From a virus (lineage: Duplodnaviria; Caudoviricetes), in IMG/VR virus record IMGVR_UViG_3300029305_002470, positions 1-64,000 of that record: a stretch of DNA of 64,000 nt; one strand, 5' to 3'. Both the position numbers and the translations under genes were made by a program. Below are positions 1 through 9,700 of the stretch, one piece after another. The notes beneath the pieces were generated by a model. The model was not told the origin of the DNA and did not search any database. It saw only the letters and a program-made list of their open reading frames with translations. Positions within the stretch are counted from its first letter, which is position 1. Each line of letters opens with the position of its first letter.

Positions 1-1124
1 ACACTCCACGCATAGCCGGCATTACCTCTATTAGCAGAGCGTAACCAAACGTAGACAGGGGAAGTGGTGCTTCCAGCTTGATACGTAATGAGTATCGGAT
101 ATGTACCACCCTGCGCAAATTTACCTGTAAGTCCTGCTTCTTCTGCAAGGTCTTTGTAATAATCCCAATCTTCTCCTTCAACTCCTGCAAGTTGTGGATT
201 AATATACATTTCTTGCAGTGATGGAAGGAATATCTTATCATATGTTGTTTCAGTTGTGTTTGTGAATCCTTCTACAGTATTAAGTGCAGTTACTACAGGA
301 ACTTCTTCAATAATATTAAGGAAGTCTTCACTGCATCCACCAAGGAATCCACGCATAGTTGCCGCTTGTGCAGGAGGTCTATCCCAACCATTCTTTGGAA
401 TCCACCAAGCACCAGCCTCAGATGTACTATTAAGATATTGTCTTATAGCAGATTCTGACCATCTACCAGAACCATATACAACTCTTGAAATAGCATTAAG
501 TAAACCATTAGTTCTTTGTGCGCTTACATTACCAATAGTACCAAGATTTGTACCATCTGTACCATTAGTAGTTGTACCACTTTGTTTTGATGTAGTAGAA
601 CCTTGTGCATAAACATTCCAAGCTCTATTATTAGTTGGATTTATATTATAGTCTGTACCACAATTAATAAATATCTGGTCACCTTCAACAAGGTCTTCAG
701 TAAGTGTAAACTGAATTGCTTGTCCAACAACCCAACCATTACCATAAGCAGAACCAATAGCAATATTATATGTACCAGCAGTTAAAAGGTTTTCAGAATC
801 AGCATACCAAATAGCTTCTGGAGCATCAAATGGCATTCCATCAGGAATAGCATAATGCCATTTTAAAAACATATTTCCACCCTCATCATAATGTACTACA
901 TCCCATGGAGCAGAAATATTTGTGTTTGCATCTTTAGCCCAAGTTTCAGTGATTCGAGAACCTACTGGATACTCGTGCTGTGCAACGCCATCTTCTACAA
1001 GCCTCTTTAATCCATGCCAGTCATGAGTTGTCCATCCATTAGCAAGGATATCTGTATAGGCTTCAATGTTATTGACCTTATCATAAATCTTAAGTAAGGT
1101 CGCTTCTGTACCGACTTTGCCCAT
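1..1124 (-). CDS. DUF6273-like tail/adhesin protein, 3' end outside window; probable DGR target
   Basis: Absent from the ORF track because no stop lies in the window. ATG at 1124 after a GGAGA RBS; open for 374 codons (MGKVGTEATLLK...GSGRWSESAIRQYLNS...YDKIFLPSLQEMY...VYVWLRSANRGNAGYAWSV). The W..S.IR..LN, DKIFLPS.E and WLRS motifs are DUF6273-like. Confidence 0.8.
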   Translation of the reverse strand, partial: MGKVGTEATLLKIYDKVNNIEAYTDILANGWTTHDWHGLKRLVEDGVAQHEYPVGSRITETWAKDANTNISAPWDVVHYDEGGNMFLKWHYAIPDGMPFDAPEAIWYADSENLLTAGTYNIAIGSAYGNGWVVGQAIQFTLTEDLVEGDQIFINCGTDYNINPTNNRAWNVYAQGSTTSKQSGTTTNGTDGTNLGTIGNVSAQRTNGLLNAISRVVYGSGRWSESAIRQYLNSTSEAGAWWIPKNGWDRPPAQAATMRGFLGGCSEDFLNIIEEVPVVTALNTVEGFTNTTETTYDKIFLPSLQEMYINPQLAGVEGEDWDYYKDLAEEAGLTGKFAQGGTYPILITYQAGSTTSPVYVWLRSANRGNAGYAWS

Positions 1125-1143
1125 TTATTTTCTCCTTTTATTT

Positions 1144-1893
1144 TTAATCAACTTGATTTAAATCACCATTTTCATCAAGATAAAACCCAAGATGATAATC
1201 AGCATATTGTTCTTCACCAGATTTAATATTCTCAAAAATATCACCAACAGCTTTTGCATCAGCAAATCCACCACTTACAGTAAGAGTAGCATCAGCAGTT
1301 GGTTTATTCTGAATATAATCATCTTTAGAACTATCAGTCTCATTCCAATTAGACTGAACATTAACTTCAGCACCAGTGGCGATACCATCAAGTTTTTGTT
1401 TATCACTTACTGACATAAATCCAGCCACTGATGTCGTAGCATTTGTTGGTTTGTTTTGAATATATGCATCAGATGAAGTATCAGTTTCACTCCAATCTGA
1501 CTGTACATTTACTTGCGCACCATTTGCAATACCATCGAGTTTATTTTTATATGTATTAGTAAAATCATTTGTAGACAATCCCTTACCAGAAACTTTATCT
1601 ACTTTATCATATAATACTTTTCCAACAGTTACTTGTGTCCAATGTGCCGCATTCCACGCTTCTGGGGTAGATATTGTTGTTGTACATTTATACAATGTAT
1701 TATTATATAAACAATACTGCCCTATAGAATATCTTGCACTTGAACTATACACTGCGGCAATATTACCTGCGACATTTGAACCAAGATTTGAGGCACTATA
1801 TTTATGTGTGCCATTAGTCGCATTATCTACAACTATATAATCACCATCTTGGAGAGAGGTAATCGGTTCAAGATTAATAATTCTTGTAGACAT
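1144..1893 (-). CDS. tail fibre/collar-like virion protein
   Basis: Short carbohydrate-binding-like module (YSIGQYCLYNNTLYKC...WNAAHW) plus two KLDGIA.GA.VNVQS.W.ETD...YIQNKPT repeats typical of phage fibre proteins. Confidence 0.6.
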   Translation of the reverse strand: MSTRIINLEPITSLQDGDYIVVDNATNGTHKYSASNLGSNVAGNIAAVYSSSARYSIGQYCLYNNTLYKCTTTISTPEAWNAAHWTQVTVGKVLYDKVDKVSGKGLSTNDFTNTYKNKLDGIANGAQVNVQSDWSETDTSSDAYIQNKPTNATTSVAGFMSVSDKQKLDGIATGAEVNVQSNWNETDSSKDDYIQNKPTADATLTVSGGFADAKAVGDIFENIKSGEEQYADYHLGFYLDENGDLNQVD

Positions 1894-1948
1894 TCTATTA
1901 ACTCCTTATCTATATTTGTTAGGGACATTAATGCCCCTAACAAATCAT

Positions 1949-4471
1949 TTATTTTTTAACAGTTTTAGCCGCCGCTAAAGTTTTCTCTCCGACAAGACCA
2001 TCGCCTTGCCCTTTACCCATAACTTCTTCTTGGAATTTCTTAGTCCATTTTAATGTATTATCACCAAAATATCTATCTAAATTACCAAGTTGTCCATCAT
2101 AATACCAATTAAGAAAAGCTTGCCACTGTCTAACTCTATCACTTACTTCACCATGTCTTAATATGGCAGTGGTTTTTACAGATGAGTTAAACCTATGAAC
2201 CCTTGGGAACTTTTTATAATTATCATCAGTTAATGTTCTGACTCTAATAGAATTATTCCATTTAGTTGAACCCTTTTTATTATCATCTCCACTACCTGCT
2301 TCAACAATTTTACCATTGCCAATATAAAGCGCAACATGCGTATCACGACAAAGTACATCGCCCTTCTTTAATTTAGATTTAGCAGGATGTCCAAGATTAG
2401 TAAACAATGAAGATTTATCATACCCACCACCTTTACTAAATCCCCAAGATGAACCTTTCTGACAAATTTCCAAAGCCTTTGGAACACAACCACCATGCGC
2501 CCAACAAGCATGTACGAATGGATTACAACAATATGTTTTCTTATAATCTACAATACCCTTCTTAGAGCGTCCACCTTTATCAGTATTTGTATTACAAAAA
2601 TAACATCCATTATGATGAGCATTAATCGTCTTAGATTTATTGGTATAACCATAATGGAAACTATTATCTCCTGCAATCCATATACCAAAAGCGACAGCAT
2701 CATTAATTACTTCGGCATTGCTTTTCTTTAATGTAAGTGTAGGCAATGTCCCACTATATGTTTTCTTTGTTATATTATTTTGCGATTTAAGAATTTCATT
2801 AACCTTTGCTTGAACTTTGTCATAATCATATCCAGCTTTAATTAATCTCTTTTTTCTGTCATCACCAGTTCCCCATTTACCATTAATAACTTCTTTAGCA
2901 AGTTCTTCGATAGATTTCGTATTTACTACCACATAATTTACATCAACTACATTATTCTCATCTGGTTGTACAACATAATCTATTTGTATAGCATTAAAAT
3001 CTTTATAACACCAACTTACATCCGTCTTACTTGCAATACCACTTACAGCTTCAGATGAACTATATTGCCACATATCATATGCGCCTTTATATTCACATTT
3101 CTTATAATACTGAGCAACCCATTTAGTATGTTCAGCCGTAATATTTCCAATCTTATTATTAAACCAATATAAACTTGCATAAACACCTGGAATATATCCA
3201 GCGTTTTTAATAGATTTGCAAAATGCATTACATACAGAAGCTAATGTTGCTTTAGAACATTTGCTTTGATATGTATTATCTTCCATATCTATATAAACAG
3301 GATATGTAAGCTTCTTACCCTTAAGATGTTTAATTACAAATTCAGCTTCGGTTTGTGCTTTTGCCGTAGTTGTAGCAAGAGAATAATAATATACACCAAC
3401 TGGCAATCCAGCAGAAATAGCATTGGCATAATTATGTTCAAATACACTATCAATAGTAGGTTTCTTTGAAGAACTACCAGTATATCCTAATCTAAGAATT
3501 ACATAATCAACGCCACTTGCCTTGGCTTTCTTAAAATTAGTTACACTAATTTTATCTTGCCATGCTGAAATATCTATACCTTTCCATTTGGTTTTAACAG
3601 CTTTAGTTGCACTTGATGTAGATGTAACTTTATCAAATGCTTTTGCGGCAGTTAAAGAACCAGCCCCAAATAAACCATCAACAGTAATCTTACACTTTGT
3701 CTGAAATGCTCTGACAGCAGTATCAGTTTTTGCTCCAAAATCACCATCAACCACAAGTTTAGAATTCATTGCCCAATTAAGAAATTGCTGAAGCTTTTTA
3801 ACTTCTTCACCTTTATCTCCCATTTTCATATAATTTCTATATGATTTACCATTACCATTATAACGAATGATAACTTTAGCTGTATAATTTTTATATGAAC
3901 GTTCCTTAATCTGATTAGCAATTACATCTTTTGTCCACTTACTTTGGTCATTATAAATTCTTGTACTATCAATAACAGTAGTACCACCTGGGTAATAGAA
4001 TACATGCTCAAACGTATTACCAGAAAACTTCAAACATATATCTCCAGCTTTCCATTGACTTTTTGGAATATTATTCTTATTTCTAATTATTGTAATATCT
4101 TTAATACCTGTATATTTTTTAGCAAGTTTTAATGCGTCCGCATCTGTTTTAGCTTCAAGTAAATACTCGCCAGTACCATGTGGGCCAGATATCCAATGAC
4201 AATTACAAATATTTCCTAACGCTCCACCATGATGCCATACAGCCGCACCAAAACCAATGCAATTCCAGCCGAAATGTAAACTATCTTTATTATAATCAAG
4301 CTTACTACAAATCGGACATTTATGAGATTGTGCATTACTTTGATTCCATAAATTATAATGATATCTATTATCAGATGCAATTTTTCTTGCCCATGCATTC
4401 ATATCGGCTATAACATCAGCACGAGTATATGATGTTTTTATATTAGGAAAACTTCCTGTATATTTACTCAT
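1949..4471 (-). CDS. multidomain endolysin (NlpC/P60-like, PG-binding, GH25 muramidase, CW_7, NlpC/P60-like, PG-binding)
   Basis: GIDISAWQ...VYIDME GH25 motifs; ELAKEVINGKWGTGDDRKKRL CW_7 repeat; VKKLQQFLN...DGDFG..T..AV..FQ PG-binding; two Cys/His modules (NCIGF...HVFYY and CCNPF...HVALY). Confidence 0.88.
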   Translation of the reverse strand: MSKYTGSFPNIKTSYTRADVIADMNAWARKIASDNRYHYNLWNQSNAQSHKCPICSKLDYNKDSLHFGWNCIGFGAAVWHHGGALGNICNCHWISGPHGTGEYLLEAKTDADALKLAKKYTGIKDITIIRNKNNIPKSQWKAGDICLKFSGNTFEHVFYYPGGTTVIDSTRIYNDQSKWTKDVIANQIKERSYKNYTAKVIIRYNGNGKSYRNYMKMGDKGEEVKKLQQFLNWAMNSKLVVDGDFGAKTDTAVRAFQTKCKITVDGLFGAGSLTAAKAFDKVTSTSSATKAVKTKWKGIDISAWQDKISVTNFKKAKASGVDYVILRLGYTGSSSKKPTIDSVFEHNYANAISAGLPVGVYYYSLATTTAKAQTEAEFVIKHLKGKKLTYPVYIDMEDNTYQSKCSKATLASVCNAFCKSIKNAGYIPGVYASLYWFNNKIGNITAEHTKWVAQYYKKCEYKGAYDMWQYSSSEAVSGIASKTDVSWCYKDFNAIQIDYVVQPDENNVVDVNYVVVNTKSIEELAKEVINGKWGTGDDRKKRLIKAGYDYDKVQAKVNEILKSQNNITKKTYSGTLPTLTLKKSNAEVINDAVAFGIWIAGDNSFHYGYTNKSKTINAHHNGCYFCNTNTDKGGRSKKGIVDYKKTYCCNPFVHACWAHGGCVPKALEICQKGSSWGFSKGGGYDKSSLFTNLGHPAKSKLKKGDVLCRDTHVALYIGNGKIVEAGSGDDNKKGSTKWNNSIRVRTLTDDNYKKFPRVHRFNSSVKTTAILRHGEVSDRVRQWQAFLNWYYDGQLGNLDRYFGDNTLKWTKKFQEEVMGKGQGDGLVGEKTLAAAKTVKK

Positions 4472-4485
4472 AACATCACCCCCCC

Positions 4486-5292
4486 CTAATGTTTCTCTGA
4501 TTTACCAACAGATTTTGCCTTGGCAATAGTCTTTGGGCCAGCAACACCATCTTGAGATAAATTATAAATTCTTTGGAAATCTAATGTAGCAGACTTTGTA
4601 CAAATACCAAAAGCACCATCTATATCAAGATTATAATTTCCCCACCAATTTAAGAAATTTTGCCATCTCTTAATATTAGTTTTCGTACCAGTTTTAGTGC
4701 TTATGGTTTCTGTAGGATATTTACCGCTATAAAGTTTAGCTTCAACATCAATACCAATAAACTTATCTTCGGATGCATTAGCAGACCATACTTGCGGAAT
4801 TAAACCTTTCATAGTTGTTTCATAACAATACCAACCATCATGATGTCTACCGCCACTATCTTTACAATACAAATAATGTTTATTTCCAACCTTTTTATAA
4901 TCGGTGAAAGCCACATAATGTCCACCACTTGTCCAGGTAACACCACCTCTTGAACCACCTCTAAATAAGATGACCCCAAGCTTATGCTTCCTTTTTTCAA
5001 GAGTTTCCCAAAGACTATTCATTGTGGCATGATTAATAACATTAAATCCATAATGTTGTAAAGTTTTTGTAATTCCTGCCCAAGTAGTACCATTACCATA
5101 TGTGGCAAATCCTTGACCAACCATATATGGTCTTACATTTGCAGGTGTATAATTTTTATATTTTTCTAATTCAATAATAACATGAGTACACGCACAACAG
5201 CCACACCCATTTCCTGCAAAAGAATATCTTTTAGTAGGATATGGCAAGCTTCCCCATCTTGAATCAGCTTGTCTATATATCTTACTATTCAT
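4486..5292 (-). CDS. peptidase C39-like cell-wall hydrolase with C-terminal PG-binding domain
   Basis: Q.D.RW...Y...GCG, GHYV, KDS motifs; C-terminal IDGAFG..T..A...FQ...L..DGVAGPKT; start moved to ATG 5292, which overlaps the holin stop. Confidence 0.75.
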   Translation of the reverse strand: MNSKIYRQADSRWGSLPYPTKRYSFAGNGCGCCACTHVIIELEKYKNYTPANVRPYMVGQGFATYGNGTTWAGITKTLQHYGFNVINHATMNSLWETLEKRKHKLGVILFRGGSRGGVTWTSGGHYVAFTDYKKVGNKHYLYCKDSGGRHHDGWYCYETTMKGLIPQVWSANASEDKFIGIDVEAKLYSGKYPTETISTKTGTKTNIKRWQNFLNWWGNYNLDIDGAFGICTKSATLDFQRIYNLSQDGVAGPKTIAKAKSVGKSEKH

Positions 5293-5641
5293 TTTCTTCT
5301 TCCTCTGTTCCTTGTTCTTCTTCGAATATATCATCTACAACTTCTTCTGATTCATTACTTGGTTCTTCAGAATAAAAATATTCTCCAGCATAATCAGAAT
5401 TTTTCTCGGCTTTAAGTTGTCTTGTTATGCCAGTACCGATACAAGCTTCTTCTGTATAATTCTGATTATAATAAGTTGTTAATGCAGATACAGCAAAATC
5501 ACTTATTACAGTAAATACAGCCCAAGCTAAAGTAAGCCAAGAAAAACCTAAAGCACCTACAGCCGCAGATACAGCATAGATAGCAGTATTTAAAGACACA
5601 GCAATTCTCAAAGCAGTTCTAATTTTCGTACCTTTATCCAT
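5285..5641 (-). CDS. holin (SPP1/PBSX-like)
   Basis: MDKGTKIRT start, two hydrophobic segments, YYNQNYTEEA motif, acidic tail; directly upstream of the lysins. Confidence 0.75.
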   Translation of the reverse strand: MDKGTKIRTALRIAVSLNTAIYAVSAAVGALGFSWLTLAWAVFTVISDFAVSALTTYYNQNYTEEACIGTGITRQLKAEKNSDYAGEYFYSEEPSNESEEVVDDIFEEEQGTEEEENE

Positions 5642-5672
5642 ATCTTTAACACCTCTTTCTTTTTATAAAATA

Positions 5673-6080
5673 TTAATTATCAATTTGTGATATATCACCA
5701 TCAGAATCAATATAAAATCCTAAATGATATTTAGCAGTTTCTTCTGTACCAGATTGTAAAATCAAATCAAGATTAACATTATATGCAAACCATTTACTAC
5801 CATCCCATACATATGTACCAAGATTTTCATCTACAGTATAACAATCACCTTTTGTATTACCACTTGACGGTAATGCACTTATGGTTGCCACAGTTCCTTT
5901 ATAACTAAACCCTGCTACAATAGCACTAACAGCATTATCAATAGCAACAGTCATTTGCTCAGTTGTTACAAGATTTTGCACAGCCGAACTAATAGCTTCA
6001 GCCATTTCGTCATCTGTTACATATCCACTAACAACATCATCTATCTTCTTTTTTAATAAAGCATAAGTTACAATATCCAT
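5673..6080 (-). CDS. hypothetical virion-associated protein
   Basis: YKGTVAT.SALPSSGNTKGDCY..YVWDG motif seen in phage fibre proteins; C-terminal YHLGFYID.DGD shared with 1144..1893. Confidence 0.55.
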   Translation of the reverse strand: MDIVTYALLKKKIDDVVSGYVTDDEMAEAISSAVQNLVTTEQMTVAIDNAVSAIVAGFSYKGTVATISALPSSGNTKGDCYTVDENLGTYVWDGSKWFAYNVNLDLILQSGTEETAKYHLGFYIDSDGDISQIDN

Positions 6081-6095
6081 AAACTTACACCCCCA

Positions 6096-6275
6096 TTATA
6101 ATTCATTCCATTCGCCTGCTTCATTTTTCATAAACACTTTGAAACCACCACTTGCATTACACTCAGCAATAGTTCCAGCAGGAGCATCTTGTGGAATATT
6201 GGTTAATTCATTTTCATCTTCTATATAATAAGATGGCATTTTAGCTTCATAAGCATTCCTAACCAAAGGTTTCAT
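6096..6275 (-). CDS. hypothetical 59-aa protein
   Basis: Below the ORF track cutoff; ATGA overlap with the upstream stop, GGGGTG RBS; MKPLVRNAYEAK...AGEWNEL. Confidence 0.65.
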   Translation of the reverse strand: MKPLVRNAYEAKMPSYYIEDENELTNIPQDAPAGTIAECNASGGFKVFMKNEAGEWNEL

Positions 6276-6613
6276 TTTGCACCCCCTACATGCTCATATA
6301 AATATTTCGCTATATTATCTTTTTTTTCTTTCAACATATATGTATGATTACCATCTTCTAAATGTTCCAACATTGCCATTTCTGATTCAAGAAGTAGTAT
6401 CATACATTCTCGCATATCAGCTATAGTATGTTCAAAATTATCAAGTCTTGCTTTATCATTTCCAAGAAGTTCATCATGTCTTTCAATCTTCTTAGTCATA
6501 TTATCAGCAGGACTTTTTAGAGCCTTAACCGCCTTAAGCAAATATCCTAATGCAAGACCCACAGATGATATCCCTACACATATTTTTAATAAAATATCAA
6601 TAGTTATTACCAT
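6272..6613 (-). CDS. membrane protein, holin/XhlA-like accessory lysis protein
   Basis: N-terminal TM helix followed by a coiled coil; RBS AGAAAGGA; first gene after the TMP terminator. Confidence 0.5.
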   Translation of the reverse strand: MVITIDILLKICVGISSVGLALGYLLKAVKALKSPADNMTKKIERHDELLGNDKARLDNFEHTIADMRECMILLLESEMAMLEHLEDGNHTYMLKEKKDNIAKYLYEHVGGAK

Positions 6614-6679
6614 TGGTTTCTATTCCTTTCTATATTAATTATTGAGAAAGCCATACAAACCATTTACACATTTTATCAC

Positions 6680-6718
6680 AATAAAATACACGAGAGATAT
6701 ATAATACCTCTCGTGTAT
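6680..6718 (-). terminator. intrinsic terminator after TMP
   Basis: ATACACGAGAG/CTCTCGTGTAT inverted repeat followed by TTTTATT on the minus strand. Confidence 0.7.
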
Positions 6719-6730
6719 CATTATATATAT

Positions 6731-9700
6731 TTATGCTCTTCTAGTAGATTGTTGTAATATTTTATTTGGAAGACTTTGTAATTCTTTATAAAATTCTTCC
6801 GCATTACGAACATTAGGTAAAACAATCTTATCAAAATTAAAGACTTGAGCAGAATCAGATTTATGCATTGAACGTGCTACTTGAGCAGGGCTATATTTAC
6901 CCCATTCCATAAGATTACGAGAAATAGCATTAGAATAAACACTATCTCCCTTATTAAGCCAAGTAAGCTCTGCACCATGCTCACCAAGTAAACTGAAACC
7001 ACCGTTTGCACTTAATGTACCACTAGCAAATTTATGTTTATTAAGATAACTATTAATCAGAGATTGACTAACCTGTGTATGGTCAGCAGTGGTCAACCAC
7101 GATGTAATTTGTGATGTCGCGACATCTCCAAGTTTATCTACTAAATCTCCATAGCCTGCACTGTTAGCCATTTCCTTGGCAATCCACTTTGACCATAAAT
7201 CGGTATTTGTGCCAAAATTTCCACCAAGTAATTGTGCCAAACTACCAACATTAGTAGAAAGTTCAAGCTCTTTGATTTCAGACTCGTCTTTTAATTCATC
7301 AAATAAATCAAGAATACTTTGTAATTGGTCAGCATAAGCTTCTAATGGACTCTTATTTAAACTTCTTTGATAATCATTAAGAGCTTTCTCAGCTTTTTCT
7401 ATTGCTTCAGTATTACGCTCATAAACAAAACCAATACCTTCACGATAAATTCTGACTTTACTTGATTTAGCTTTGGCTACTTCTTGCTCTAGCTCATTTA
7501 GTCTTTCTAAAGTATCCGCCTCTTCTTGTTCTGCATCTATCTGTTTCTGAACAACATTTAATTCTTTTTGTATATACTTTTGTGCTAAAGAAAGCCTATC
7601 ATCATGATATTGTTGCAGTTTTTGAAGTCGTTCAATTTCTTTATCTTTATCAGCTTCACGAAGCTCATCAAGCATTTCATAATATGTCTCATCATATTTA
7701 CCAACTTCATTATAATAATCTTTAATACTCTTTAATGTCTCTTCACGAGTTTTAACACCGTTCTTATATTCTTTAAGATTATATTTAGCAACAGCTTCAT
7801 AACCCTTACGAGCATATTCTTCTTTCTCTGCAACACTTAAATATTTATTCTTTTTAACATCGGCTAAATAATTAGCCAATCTTGCTCCAGCACCTTCAGA
7901 ACTATCAGCACCACGAACGCCAAGATTACCTAATCGCCTATCAAACTCATTAGAATAATATTTATTACCAGCATCTTGAATAAGTTCAGCCTTTTCATCA
8001 GCAGATAAATTCTTATTAGCATTTACCTTAGTTTTAAATTTCTTTAAATCATCATAAGATAAAATATCATTTGCTAACTTTTCAAATTTATCTTTATCTC
8101 GTTCATTTTCGTAATCTTCTCTTGATTCTGAACGTTCCCACTTTTGGTCTTTGCTTAAATATTTTTTATACTTCTTATAAAGCTTAGAATATTCAGACTG
8201 GAACTTCTTATCAGTCCAATGGTTGACCTTTTGTTTATGTTTAAGCTTATCTAACTTCTTATCAAATTCTTCACGTTTCTTTTGTTTCTTGGTTTTCTTT
8301 TTACCTTTTTTATAACGTGGAATTTCACCAACAGCACCAACAAAAGATTGTCTATTACCTAAAAGTTTTTTAGTATCAGAATAAGAGTAAACCGTATCGG
8401 AATCTTTAAGGCTATGTAATTCCCAACCTGTTGTACCTGCAAGATAAGCTGTACCATCTTCAGATACTACAAGCTCAGGTTTAGGACTTTTACTTGAACC
8501 TTCATCACCAAGCCAAGCAAGTCCACCTTCTTCACCTTTTCGTTTACCACTAGCATGACCGATACCAGCCAAAGCATTTTTAACAGCAGAAATACCACTT
8601 GCTACAACACTAATTACAGTAGTTCTATTTTTAGCCGCACTATCAATTGCGCTTTTAGCTGTAGATGCACCAGATTGACTAACATCAATATTAGAATCTC
8701 TATCTTTAGCGGCATCATCAATTACACCAGAAACAGCTTGCGCTCCTTCTTGTGCAACTTGAACAACAGAATCTCTCGTTCTAGCCGCATTATCAGCTTC
8801 TGCTTCAACTTCACCAACGCCTTCAGCGTTAAAATGAACCATAGCTTCAATATCTTCATCAGTAATTTCAGAAACTTTTTTAGTGATTTCTTCGATATCG
8901 CCATTTTCATCTTTAACACTAAATGTTATTTCAGCATCATCATCAAGACCTTTAATTTGTTCTTTAATAGCACTAACCGCATCTTCAACAGTTTGAATAG
9001 ATGATATATCTATATTATCAAATAAATTAAGATTATCATGACCTAACGAATCCATTGCGCTATTAAGCACATCAGCAACGTCAGTATAACTATCTTTAAG
9101 GTTAGATGCATCAATTTGACTTTCTAAAAACGCCTTATGTATCTCATCAAATTTTTCTTTTTCAACACCGCTTAAAGCATCATAGTCAACATTGGCAGAA
9201 ACTTCTTCCCAATAAGCCGCAAGATTACTTGCCGCCTCTGCCGCATCAGCATCTAACTTTGTATACTTTTGACCAAGTTTCTCAAGTTGTTTTTCATATG
9301 CTTGAGCTTGTGCTTCCCAAGTAGACGCACCTTGGTCATCTCCCGTCATGCGATAATATTGCGCTTTCTTTCTAGCATCAGCAATTTGATTTTCAACTTC
9401 AACAATTTGTTTATCAAGGTCTAACTCTTTTTTTCTTGAATCTTGATAATCAAGTAATTGCGTTGGGCCAGTTCGTTCCTGATATCTTTTACCCTGATTG
9501 GTTGATACGTCTTTTTTAAAAGCATTTTGAACTCTTTGTTTTTCTAATGCAATTTGTCTTTCTAATGAACGCTCTTCCGCTTCAAGAACTGCAAGATGTG
9601 TTTTTTCAGCATTAGTTAACCCTTCGTCAGAATCACGCTTTTTCTTTAATGCTTCTATTTCATCTGTAACAGTTTTTAACTTATCTTCATATTCGTTTAA

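Noticed and set aside
8555-9004. 149-aa plus-strand ORF within TMP, plus other short antisense ORFs in 256-34.9 kb
   Set aside because: Antisense to well-supported late genes, with no motifs or RBS
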